From positions 186,001 through 250,000 of IMG/VR virus record IMGVR_UViG_3300049793_000366: 64,000 nucleotides of DNA; one strand, 5' to 3'. The notes below the pieces were generated by a model that saw nothing but the letters and a program-made list of their open reading frames with translations, was not told where the DNA came from and ran no database searches. Made by a program: the position numbers and the translations under genes. Shown here piece by piece: positions 53,868-62,909 of this stretch; positions within the stretch are counted from its first letter, which is position 1, and every line of letters starts with the position of its first letter.

Positions 53868-56800
53868 TGGCTAACATTAAAGAAACTGTATTTAAGAGTG
53901 TCGCTGATATAGATACGTTCTTTAAAAAGTACGAATCTAACGGGTTTACTGATTGGTTTAATAAAAATCATGGTGGTAAAAATGGCTTCGCTGCTCAGGG
54001 TAATCGTTCTTCAAAGAAGATTACTGCTCCTGATAAATGGACTCAAGTATGGGGTCATATTAAAGATATATTCAATAGGGATTCTGTTAACTTAGTAGAG
54101 TTCTTAGCAATTAATACAATTATAATTAACGAAACTGGTGGGTCATTTAAACCATTATCAGAGGGTGTTAATAAAAACTCTGCGTCATCACATCCAGGTG
54201 TTGCTTATGCCTTTGATGCTATTTCTGGTTTAAAGAAATCTTATAACTCTTTAGGTGGTTTAAATAAAACAGCCTATGAATTATATCGCGATGCTGACTT
54301 TAAAGCCGCGCATGGTCACAAACCGTATGGTAATATTCTAAAAGATACAACTGATGTTAGATGGAAGTCTGATACATTTCCAATTGGTTTTAGTGGTGGT
54401 TCGGTAGAGAAAGAGGTAGATAGAGATTTGCTAAGTAATACATTCGTAGGTGAGGCGGATTTTCAGAAATTCAGAGGTCGTGGTTTTATACAAACTACTG
54501 GACGTGGTAACTACAAAAAGATTATAGAGTATATAACTACATATAGTGGTACTAATAAAACTATTTTAAGTTACAAGAGTAAATGGTCTCAACACGGTAC
54601 TAACTATGATAAGATTGCTACGATAAGTACCAATAAGGATTGGGATGACCTATTCATAAATAGTGATTCTATTATTCCTTGTTATGCTGTTTATGTACAT
54701 GGTAAAGCTGGTGGGTATTTAACAATAAGTGTTTCGAATGACAATCAGGTAAAATCGGGAGTTAGAAAAGTAGCGAGTAAAATTGCTGGTGCTAATGCTA
54801 AAGATTATATTGATTTATTTGAACAAAGAGTTTTGCAACAATTGAATGCTATTGATAGTTCATCACCAGCTCCAACTGCGGCAACTGCTTCTCCTGCGGC
54901 AACTCCGGCACCTGCGAGTACTGCTGATACGTTCAATACGAATGGTGAAGATCCAGAAGAATCGTGGTATAAATTCCTTGAAGATACTGGTAGAGAAGAG
55001 ATATCTGATAATAGCTCTAATAATAACAACAACGGAAATAATAACAATAATTCTGGTGAACAAAAGGATAGTGGTAGTCAAGGTTCAATTGAGAATGTAA
55101 TGAAGCCTACTATCAAGATTGACCCAATTACTCTTGAAGTACAAGGCTCAACTACTACAAAAACTGATGTAGCTGGTAATCTTGGATTCTTCCCGTTTGT
55201 TTGGTATAATGGTATTCAAATCCAATATGCCGACATAACATCTTTCAATTTAACATCGAGTAGTTTACTACCAACTGTTTCTGTTACATTCTTTGACTCA
55301 ACTGGTCTTATGGATGAGGCTGGATTTCCGTTAGATGATACAAAGTTGAAAGTGTTTTTAAATCCGAGAAAGCCAGGATTTAAGCCAATCTTAATTGAAT
55401 TTAAAATATCTAACTTCGCTATAACTAGTAACAAAACATATGTTATTGAAGGTGTAATGAATGTTAATAAATTCTATTTAAAGAAATATGAAGCATATAC
55501 TAATATGTCATCGTATGATGCTTTAGTAGAGTTTTGTAAGAGAGCTGAAATTGGATTTAATTCTAATGTTAGAAGTACTGATGATAGAATGAACTGGATT
55601 TCAGTTGGTGAGTCAGGATTTGATTTTGTAAATAGTATAATTGATTACTCATATGTATCTGATGATGGATTCATGTGGGGATTCGTAGATTTTTATTATT
55701 GCTTTAATTATATTGATATTGAAACTGAATTTAAGAGACAAATTGATTCAATAGAAGGATTGGATGGTTCTGGTGGATTACATCAAGGATTACAATCTAC
55801 TGTACCAAGTGATACACAGAAGTTATTTTTAACTAATGATAAAGCATTATCTGATTCAAGTAACTATTTCTATAATCATACTATTATGAATAACTCAACA
55901 GCTATTTCACTTAGAAAGGGTTATTTAAATACTGTTAAGTTTTACGATAGAAACGCAAAAGATTTCATGGTATTCGATATCGATTCTATTACATCCGAAG
56001 GTGATAAGACTATTATTATGAAAGGTTCTCCACAAGATGAAGAATATTTTAAAGAGCATACTACATCAACTTTGATGGGTAAGTTAGACCAGGATAATAT
56101 GCATAAAAACTATCACTATGCTTGGGTTCAGAATTCTCATAATATTGAGGATTTAACGAAGATTGGTGTTAAGTTACAATTGCCAAATCCTAACTTCAAC
56201 TTATATAGATTTCAAAAAATAAATGTTGTGATATCAAATCACACACAGAAGTTTGCAAAAGAATTAGTGAACTATCGTCTGAGTGGTGCTTGGTTAATAA
56301 CTGATATATCATTCATTTTTACAAATGGACAATTTAAGCAAGAGGTTACTCTTGTTAAGAGAGAATTAGGATTAAGCCCAGAAGAGGTTAAGAATGAGGG
56401 TGCTTCATCAGCAGCTAATAATTCACCAGCTCCTTCTAACGCGAGTCCTGCTGATGGTGGTTCTAATGGATTAGAAGGTGTTAACTTTGATGATCCAGCT
56501 CCGGGTGCTACTCAATCTGATTTAGTATTTACGCCTGAGGGGCCTGCTTATGAATCAGCTACGGCTTCTGCTACGGCTTCTAATCCACCAGCGGCTACCG
56601 CATCTGGCACAGCTTCTACACAAGCGGCTACGGCTTCTGCTACTCCTGCGGCTGTTGAGTTCAATGTTAAGTATGTTGACCAATTTACTGCGGTGCTTAC
56701 TTTAAGTGATGATGCTTATCGTTTAGCTTTTGTTGATTATACATTCAATGATAGTACTGGTAGTGGTGATAGTTCGTTATATACGTATTCAACACCGAAG

Positions 56801-56986
56801 AAGGAGAATAAGTGGACATTTGAATTAGCTGACTTCTATGCGAATGGTGTATTGGATAAAGATGCTAAGGATGGTGTTCTTAAATTAAACTTCATAGCGA
56901 AGAAAGTTGCAACTGATGGTAAAACTTTCTTATCAAGTGGAGATGTTCAGAAGAATAATGTTATTTCTTTTAAATATACTAAGTAA
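53867..56986 (+). CDS. Baseplate hub-like protein with N-terminal GH19 muramidase domain
   Basis: I.NETGG.F and FRGRGFIQTTGRGNY (GH19 signature); central gp27-like region; S/A/T/P linkers; position between gp53-like and gp5-like genes. Confidence 0.7.
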   Translation: MANIKETVFKSVADIDTFFKKYESNGFTDWFNKNHGGKNGFAAQGNRSSKKITAPDKWTQVWGHIKDIFNRDSVNLVEFLAINTIIINETGGSFKPLSEGVNKNSASSHPGVAYAFDAISGLKKSYNSLGGLNKTAYELYRDADFKAAHGHKPYGNILKDTTDVRWKSDTFPIGFSGGSVEKEVDRDLLSNTFVGEADFQKFRGRGFIQTTGRGNYKKIIEYITTYSGTNKTILSYKSKWSQHGTNYDKIATISTNKDWDDLFINSDSIIPCYAVYVHGKAGGYLTISVSNDNQVKSGVRKVASKIAGANAKDYIDLFEQRVLQQLNAIDSSSPAPTAATASPAATPAPASTADTFNTNGEDPEESWYKFLEDTGREEISDNSSNNNNNGNNNNNSGEQKDSGSQGSIENVMKPTIKIDPITLEVQGSTTTKTDVAGNLGFFPFVWYNGIQIQYADITSFNLTSSSLLPTVSVTFFDSTGLMDEAGFPLDDTKLKVFLNPRKPGFKPILIEFKISNFAITSNKTYVIEGVMNVNKFYLKKYEAYTNMSSYDALVEFCKRAEIGFNSNVRSTDDRMNWISVGESGFDFVNSIIDYSYVSDDGFMWGFVDFYYCFNYIDIETEFKRQIDSIEGLDGSGGLHQGLQSTVPSDTQKLFLTNDKALSDSSNYFYNHTIMNNSTAISLRKGYLNTVKFYDRNAKDFMVFDIDSITSEGDKTIIMKGSPQDEEYFKEHTTSTLMGKLDQDNMHKNYHYAWVQNSHNIEDLTKIGVKLQLPNPNFNLYRFQKINVVISNHTQKFAKELVNYRLSGAWLITDISFIFTNGQFKQEVTLVKRELGLSPEEVKNEGASSAANNSPAPSNASPADGGSNGLEGVNFDDPAPGATQSDLVFTPEGPAYESATASATASNPPAATASGTASTQAATASATPAAVEFNVKYVDQFTAVLTLSDDAYRLAFVDYTFNDSTGSGDSSLYTYSTPKKENKWTFELADFYANGVLDKDAKDGVLKLNFIAKKVATDGKTFLSSGDVQKNNVISFKYTK

Positions 56987-56997
56987 CAACACTCAAT

Positions 56998-57006
56998 TAA
57001 TATATA
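56998..57006 (+). promoter_or_regulatory. Putative late promoter TAATATATA
   Basis: Exact motif 4 nt upstream of ATG 57011. Confidence 0.6.
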
Positions 57007-57010
57007 GTTA

Positions 57011-58699
57011 ATGGCATTAGATAACATCATAGGTAACATTCCTTTTTTCAATCAGGACAAGACTGGTCAGCAATCTACTGAGAAGAGAAGCGAGTATTTG
57101 GAAAATAAAACAAATCCAGAACATCGTGGTTTAGCTAATATAGAAGATTTCTATTTTAATCCTGATATACACAAGGAAGACGATAATAGAAGTATCATTG
57201 GTCACATATATGATAGAATTGATAAGAGTGCAACGCCATTATCATCGTCTATAACAGACGCTAAAACTAAAGACCAATCTTATAGAGATACTATTACTCA
57301 AGTCTTTAAAGATAAGAAAACTGAGTATTTCAAATACGGTATTTATATCGATGATAGTACTCACAACGAAGACCCAACTGTTTTGGGTTTTGACTTAGTT
57401 ATAGATGTTAATAATTCTCCGCTATTTACAGAGCTACCAGAGTTCTTTAAAGCATTTGCTAATATAGATGAAGTAAACAATAGGAAAGACGTTTATACGC
57501 AATTTTTAGAAGAATTGGGTAGATATTTTGAAACTGGTATTCCGGGTTCAAATTCTGAGTTCTCATCATTCAAAGCTCACTATATTAAGTCTGTATCTGG
57601 TTTAGATTTACTCGGAGAGAGTATAAGTGGTGGTTCATTTGATGAGGCTGGTAAAAAACAATTTACCGATTATGGTAAAGATTTACTAAAGGTAAACTTA
57701 TATGAAGATGTTACATTGAGTACATCACACTTAGCATTATTGTATAAAACATTAATGTGGTCAAAGATTAGTGGTAGATTAGTTATACCTGAGAATTTAT
57801 TAAGATTTGATATGTATGTTCAGATTTCCGAAATAAGAAATTTCAACGCTGTTAAGAAGTCATTAGATGGTGATAACGGTGGTGAGATGTTAGAAGTTGT
57901 TAGAGCTAATGTATCGAGATATGTTTATAAATTATATGACTGTCAATTATACTTTGATAAGTTACCACATGGTGACCAAATATCAATTGCTGAATCTAAG
58001 GCTATCGATGGTTTTGATTTTCAAATTAAATATAAATTCTCTACTGTTCAATTTGAAAGATTCATGCAACAGAATGATGTAATTAATAGAAGTATTGGTT
58101 CTGGTCCAAACGACCTTACGAGTAGAACAACAGATTGGGAAACATATTTAACGTCTCAACGAAAGTATATTACGAATGAGGATTTATTCCCATTGTCTGT
58201 TAATATATCAGGTTATGATGATTCAAGTGGTACGTCATCAAGTGGTGACCCTAATATGGGTAATAAAGCTGAGTATTTAATTAGAAGAAGACCAGTTGAA
58301 CCACAAGCATACTATCAATATACTGGTCAGGATAAAAAAGTTCCTGAGGCAGAAAAACAAGGTAGTGCGGCAGAAGTTGAGAAGAATACTTTTGGTGATA
58401 AGCTAAAAGATGCAGTTAGTGATTCTGTTGGTAATAGTATTGAGAGTTTGAAAAAATCAGCAATGAATTTAGCAAAACAAAAGGCAAACGAATTGATTGG
58501 TTTAGTTAATTCAACTCTTGGTAAAGTGCTATCAAATGCTGGTCTTGGTAAGGGTATCTACGACCCAAGTAACGTTTATGATAAACAAGGACCTCTTGAG
58601 AAATTAGTTAAATCTGAATTTAGAAAGTTTGGTAACTCTACTCTTAACTCAGTATTGGGTGTGGGTCAAAACGAGTTGAAAAATTTATTTAAGAGATAA
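57011..58699 (+). CDS. Putative baseplate / tube-junction structural protein
   Basis: 562 aa gene within the baseplate operon. Confidence 0.55.
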   Translation: MALDNIIGNIPFFNQDKTGQQSTEKRSEYLENKTNPEHRGLANIEDFYFNPDIHKEDDNRSIIGHIYDRIDKSATPLSSSITDAKTKDQSYRDTITQVFKDKKTEYFKYGIYIDDSTHNEDPTVLGFDLVIDVNNSPLFTELPEFFKAFANIDEVNNRKDVYTQFLEELGRYFETGIPGSNSEFSSFKAHYIKSVSGLDLLGESISGGSFDEAGKKQFTDYGKDLLKVNLYEDVTLSTSHLALLYKTLMWSKISGRLVIPENLLRFDMYVQISEIRNFNAVKKSLDGDNGGEMLEVVRANVSRYVYKLYDCQLYFDKLPHGDQISIAESKAIDGFDFQIKYKFSTVQFERFMQQNDVINRSIGSGPNDLTSRTTDWETYLTSQRKYITNEDLFPLSVNISGYDDSSGTSSSGDPNMGNKAEYLIRRRPVEPQAYYQYTGQDKKVPEAEKQGSAAEVEKNTFGDKLKDAVSDSVGNSIESLKKSAMNLAKQKANELIGLVNSTLGKVLSNAGLGKGIYDPSNVYDKQGPLEKLVKSEFRKFGNSTLNSVLGVGQNELKNLFKR

Positions 58700-60273
58700 T
58701 GACAAATCGCGATGATTTGAAGAATAGAACTTTTATTGCCATTGTTGAAGATAACGAAGATCCTAAAAAGATAGGTCGTATTAGAGCAAGGGTATTGGAT
58801 GTATTTGATGAGATTCCTGCTGACCAAATACCTTGGGCATCGCCTTGGAAGGACTTAAACGGTAACTCATTCAATATTCCAGACAAAGGTAAAGTTGTAA
58901 CTGTTATTTTCGAAGATGGTAATATTTACTCACCTGAGTATATCTATGCTGACCACTATAATATAAATTTAGCGACTAAGTTAAATGAATTGAGTGGTGC
59001 GAATTATACTTCGATGAAGTCTATAATTTTTGACCACAAGACACAATTATATGTTAATGATAAAGAAGGATTGAAGTTTGACTATAAGTTCAATAATATA
59101 AATATTAAAGATACTGAGATTAATATTAACTTAAAAGATAACTTTTCTAAGGTAAATATTGGTACAGCTATCGCTTCACAGAGAGCAATCTTAGGTGACC
59201 ACTTTTTAAATTGGTTTGATGATTTCGTAGATAACTTATTGGGTTCTAATGCGGGTCCATACTTGGGAAACCTTGGTGCGCCAGTAGTTGCTAACCCTAC
59301 ATTCATTAATTGTCTTTTAAAATACAAAGCTCTTAAAGAGCCTAAGTTTCTATCACATCATATTAATTTGGTAGATAATGAAGACGTTGAGAAGCTTGAC
59401 CGTGTTTGTAATTCACAAATTGGTGATAAGTGGAAATCAACCGTTCGTAAGAATGATTTAGTTTCTAAAGAACCAGTTAAGTATAAACCAAAAGCTGGTC
59501 AATCAACAGATCCGGCATCTGGTGAGGTTACACCACCTACTGATGATAATGGTAATCCAGTACAAACACAACCAAATACAGCCGCACAGAGTCAACCAGA
59601 AGTTGAGCCGAGTGTACATGATGATATCAATAAGATATTTGAGGCTATGAAGGCTAAGGGTTATAAGATATTGGATAGACCATATGAAATAAACATAGTT
59701 GGTATTCGTAGACAATATGAAGGTATGGCTTACTCAAACTCATATATGGATTCTCTATATGCTATCTATAAAGATGATTCTGGTAACTGGGCTAAATCTA
59801 CATACCCTATTTCTACAATTCCTGGTTTGAGTATTAAAGATCCACAGACTAAGAAAATGGAATCTCTTAAGAAGTATAAGAAAGATAAGGCTACTAATTC
59901 ATTGGTAGCAAGAAGACCATTCATCGGTACTTTACAAGAAGCACAATATCTTGACGTATTCTATATTGGTGAGCATTTGGATTCACCAGCGATGAAAACT
60001 AAAGGTAAACAAAAAGCATATCGTGATGAGAACTTATCTGAGAATGTAATCACTTATACGAGTAAGAATAATGAAGGTAACTTTGGTATGTTAATTCATA
60101 AGGGTTATGTTAAAGGTACATCAAGTGCGGTTAATAACTGGTCAGAAGGTTGTCAGGTATTCAGAGATGAAGCACATTTAACACATTTCTTCGACCTATG
60201 TAATAAGCACAAAGCTAAGTATGGTAATACTTTCAACTATACATTGATGCTTGCTAAGGATGTTAATCTATAA
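58699..60273 (+). CDS. gp5-like central spike (OB-fold) fused to a YkuD/L,D-transpeptidase-like domain
   Basis: DP...GRIRARV...IPWASP...IP..G..V.V.FEDG...P.Y; C-terminal NIVGIR...ST.PG...IHKG...WSEGCQVF. Confidence 0.8.
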   Translation: MTNRDDLKNRTFIAIVEDNEDPKKIGRIRARVLDVFDEIPADQIPWASPWKDLNGNSFNIPDKGKVVTVIFEDGNIYSPEYIYADHYNINLATKLNELSGANYTSMKSIIFDHKTQLYVNDKEGLKFDYKFNNINIKDTEININLKDNFSKVNIGTAIASQRAILGDHFLNWFDDFVDNLLGSNAGPYLGNLGAPVVANPTFINCLLKYKALKEPKFLSHHINLVDNEDVEKLDRVCNSQIGDKWKSTVRKNDLVSKEPVKYKPKAGQSTDPASGEVTPPTDDNGNPVQTQPNTAAQSQPEVEPSVHDDINKIFEAMKAKGYKILDRPYEINIVGIRRQYEGMAYSNSYMDSLYAIYKDDSGNWAKSTYPISTIPGLSIKDPQTKKMESLKKYKKDKATNSLVARRPFIGTLQEAQYLDVFYIGEHLDSPAMKTKGKQKAYRDENLSENVITYTSKNNEGNFGMLIHKGYVKGTSSAVNNWSEGCQVFRDEAHLTHFFDLCNKHKAKYGNTFNYTLMLAKDVNL

Positions 60274-60798
60274 GTAATCAACGTAGAACGGGTAACCTCT
60301 AATTGGCTTTTCTTTTATTCCCCTGCTTCTTGCGCTTGCTCCTACATAATCCTTCGGATTGTATATTGCTATGTGAAAACTTATTTTATCTTTAATTGAT
60401 TGTGGAAGTGCATTCAAGTAATCAGCCAAATCTTCTATACTTGTTGGTAATTCTTTAGTACTACCACCGCCTTTATTTGTAAGATTTGTTACTCTCGCTT
60501 GTGCTATTAATCCGATATCTCTGTGCATACCATTAAACCTTTTAATGGCTTGATGTGCTAACTTTGATACCTCTTCGAATTTATCAGTATTGGTTACACA
60601 TTCTATATCTACGCTATTTACTTCTTCTGTTGCTTTATCTGTCTTGTATCGATGACCAAGTGATTTAAAGCTGTAATAATCTAACTCTTCTAATAGTGAA
60701 GAGAATACATATTCTAACTCTTTTTTAGTCAATTCCAATGCTGAATAAGCAATCTTTGGTTCTGAGAGATAATCTTTGAACTTCTTAAGTAACTTCAT
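60268..60798 (-). CDS. Hypothetical protein with capsid-targeting-like N-terminus
   Basis: MKLLKKFKDYLSE. Confidence 0.6.
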   Translation of the reverse strand: MKLLKKFKDYLSEPKIAYSALELTKKELEYVFSSLLEELDYYSFKSLGHRYKTDKATEEVNSVDIECVTNTDKFEEVSKLAHQAIKRFNGMHRDIGLIAQARVTNLTNKGGGSTKELPTSIEDLADYLNALPQSIKDKISFHIAIYNPKDYVGASARSRGIKEKPIRGYPFYVDYL

Positions 60799-60803
60799 AT
60801 AAA

Positions 60804-60812
60804 TATATATTA
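60804..60812 (-). promoter_or_regulatory. Putative late promoter TAATATATA
   Basis: Exact motif upstream of ATG 60798. Confidence 0.6.
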
Positions 60813-60861
60813 AAAAGTGTGTTTAAAAATTTTATATATACTATACAAAAATATAAACACT

Positions 60862-61161
60862 ATGAAACACTTAAAAACATTTGAACACTTTACATTTGAA
60901 GGAAGTGTTGAACTAGAAAACTCTATTTCTGAAAAGAAGAAACTTCCAGAAGCTCTTCAAAAGGCTATTGACGCTAAGAAAGACAAAGCTGATAAGAAGG
61001 ATGATGATAAAGAAGAAAAGGACACTGATAAATCTAAGAAGTCTAAAAAAGACGATAAGGATGATAAAGACGAAAAAACTGAGACAAAAGGTTTAACTGC
61101 CGCTCAGAAAAAGTTACCTGCTGGTCTACAAAAGGCAATAGCAGCTAAGAAGAAGAAATAA
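60862..61161 (+). CDS. Lys/Asp-rich small protein with capsid-targeting-like N-terminus and internal repeat (start revised to ATG 60862)
   Basis: MKHLKTFEHF; KKLPEALQKAIDAKK and KKLPAGLQKAIAAKK. Confidence 0.65.
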   Translation: MKHLKTFEHFTFEGSVELENSISEKKKLPEALQKAIDAKKDKADKKDDDKEEKDTDKSKKSKKDDKDDKDEKTETKGLTAAQKKLPAGLQKAIAAKKKK

Positions 61162-61165
61162 AAAC

Positions 61166-61194
61166 AAAACCCAGTTAATTTAACTGGGTTTTTT
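61166..61194. terminator. Bidirectional Rho-independent terminator
   Basis: aaaacccagtta-att-taactgggtttttt. Confidence 0.85.
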
Positions 61195-61195
61195 G

Positions 61196-62812
61196 TTATA
61201 TGTTAATTTGAGTAACATCGATAGGGTATTTCCTTTTGATGTAGAACTTCTCACGCTCATTGTAGTGTTTCAATAGTGTATTCATTGGACCATTAATATC
61301 TAAGATATCAACTAAATCATATATTGTAGCTTCTACTTTACCTTCATATAAACGCAAAGCACGACCAATAGATTGAATGATTACTTGTTCTGATTTGAAT
61401 GAATCCGCGAATATAACATTGAATATCGAGTTAATAGATACACCCGTTGATAAAGTACCAAAAGACGCAACAAGTATCTTCTTCTTATCTGTTCTATTCA
61501 TGTGTTCGATAATAATCTGTCTCTCTTTATTTGACACAGACCCATCGATGTAATACACTTCTATATCATCATCAATTTCTGATATTTTATTAAATAATCT
61601 CTGACCATATTCAATTGTGTGAAATAAAACTAACGTATTATTTTGACATTTCTTATCAACCAATTTTTTAATAAATTCTAATCTCTTCTCATTCTGTTGA
61701 ATCCAATCCTTTTCGAATTGATAGATATCTCTACCATTATTTGGATTTCTTGCTGACTTAAGCTTTTGATTTAATTCAGTTTCGTTGTAATTTAACTTCA
61801 ACGTCTTTATTTTCATTGGAGTTATCTTACCTTGCTTAACTAATAGGTCGGCTTCGATTTGAGTCACTTTAGGACCCAATACAGACTGTATGGTGAGTAT
61901 TTCACACGAATCATCAACTGGGAATGTACCAGATACTCCAAATCGATTATAAGCAGTTCCATACGTTCTTTCTAAGATATCAGTTATGGTTTTAGCTTTT
62001 GATTGATGTGCCTCATCACAAGCTACTGTATGAAACTGTTTAAAGAATTCTTTTGGCCATTTCTCTAATGATTGATAGCATCCAATATAAATATTAGGAT
62101 CACTAACGCCAGAATATTTACGTGGCTTATCAGACATTATCTCTTCTATCCTAAGGTCACATACTGGATATTTACTATCGTTTATTATAGCGTCTATTTT
62201 AGAGTCTCTAACGGCTTGCATATTATTCTCACCATAATTGTATTCCATAATATTATCATAGAATTGTGTAACAAGTGATATAGACGGAACAATAATTAAT
62301 ATTTTAGCATTTGGGTCAATCTTATGAAGTGTGTATAGAATAACAATTGATATTACTAATGATTTACCACCTGATGTAGCAACCTCAGCCATACAGTACC
62401 TATTCTTCATTATCTTATAGGCAGTTTCTATCTGGTAGTCATATGGTGTGAATGACTTCCACTCATTTGTTTTCTTATCTAAAACTTTGTGATTTTTGAA
62501 AAATTCAGTACAAAATTCTTGCACTGATTCGAGTGTGATATCTCTATTAAGCGGGAAGTCTTTTTTATTTTCAATGTCGAATTTAACACCTATTTCCTTA
62601 GCAGCTAATAAGCATTCCTTCCATAATCCGAGATTAACCTTACCGGCATCGAAGTATGTTATATTACCATCCCACACGCCCATCTTAACAGCGGGCATGA
62701 ATTTCCAACCTTTGGGTTTTCTCGTCAACCAAATATCCAACTGGTGGTACTCGATTCTTGTTGCTGACGATAAGATTAATTTTTCTTTTTCTGCATCATA
62801 TCTGAATATCAT
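61196..62812 (-). CDS. uvsW: UvsW-like SF2 DNA helicase
   Basis: PYDYQ, ATSGGKS, IVPSISLVTQ, DEAHQ, GVSGT, STGVSI, QSIGRALR. Confidence 0.92.
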   Translation of the reverse strand: MIFRYDAEKEKLILSSATRIEYHQLDIWLTRKPKGWKFMPAVKMGVWDGNITYFDAGKVNLGLWKECLLAAKEIGVKFDIENKKDFPLNRDITLESVQEFCTEFFKNHKVLDKKTNEWKSFTPYDYQIETAYKIMKNRYCMAEVATSGGKSLVISIVILYTLHKIDPNAKILIIVPSISLVTQFYDNIMEYNYGENNMQAVRDSKIDAIINDSKYPVCDLRIEEIMSDKPRKYSGVSDPNIYIGCYQSLEKWPKEFFKQFHTVACDEAHQSKAKTITDILERTYGTAYNRFGVSGTFPVDDSCEILTIQSVLGPKVTQIEADLLVKQGKITPMKIKTLKLNYNETELNQKLKSARNPNNGRDIYQFEKDWIQQNEKRLEFIKKLVDKKCQNNTLVLFHTIEYGQRLFNKISEIDDDIEVYYIDGSVSNKERQIIIEHMNRTDKKKILVASFGTLSTGVSINSIFNVIFADSFKSEQVIIQSIGRALRLYEGKVEATIYDLVDILDINGPMNTLLKHYNEREKFYIKRKYPIDVTQINI

Positions 62813-62909
62813 TAAGTTACTTATATCATTTTAAGTATATATTGTTTTTGTTCAGTTTTATACGAGGGAGAAGACTATTACGGATATATAAAAGAAAAAT
62901 CTAAAAATC

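Noticed and set aside
55018-55051. Poly-Asn and GNGGN (40450-40516) repeats as contingency or phase-variation loci
   Set aside because: Unit lengths are multiples of three and encode flexible linkers in structural proteins; no frameshift potential is evident.
62100-62260. Intein or intron in UvsW (or in the thyA insertions)
   Set aside because: The insertions are short, in frame, and lack intein C/S...HN termini or homing-endonuclease motifs.
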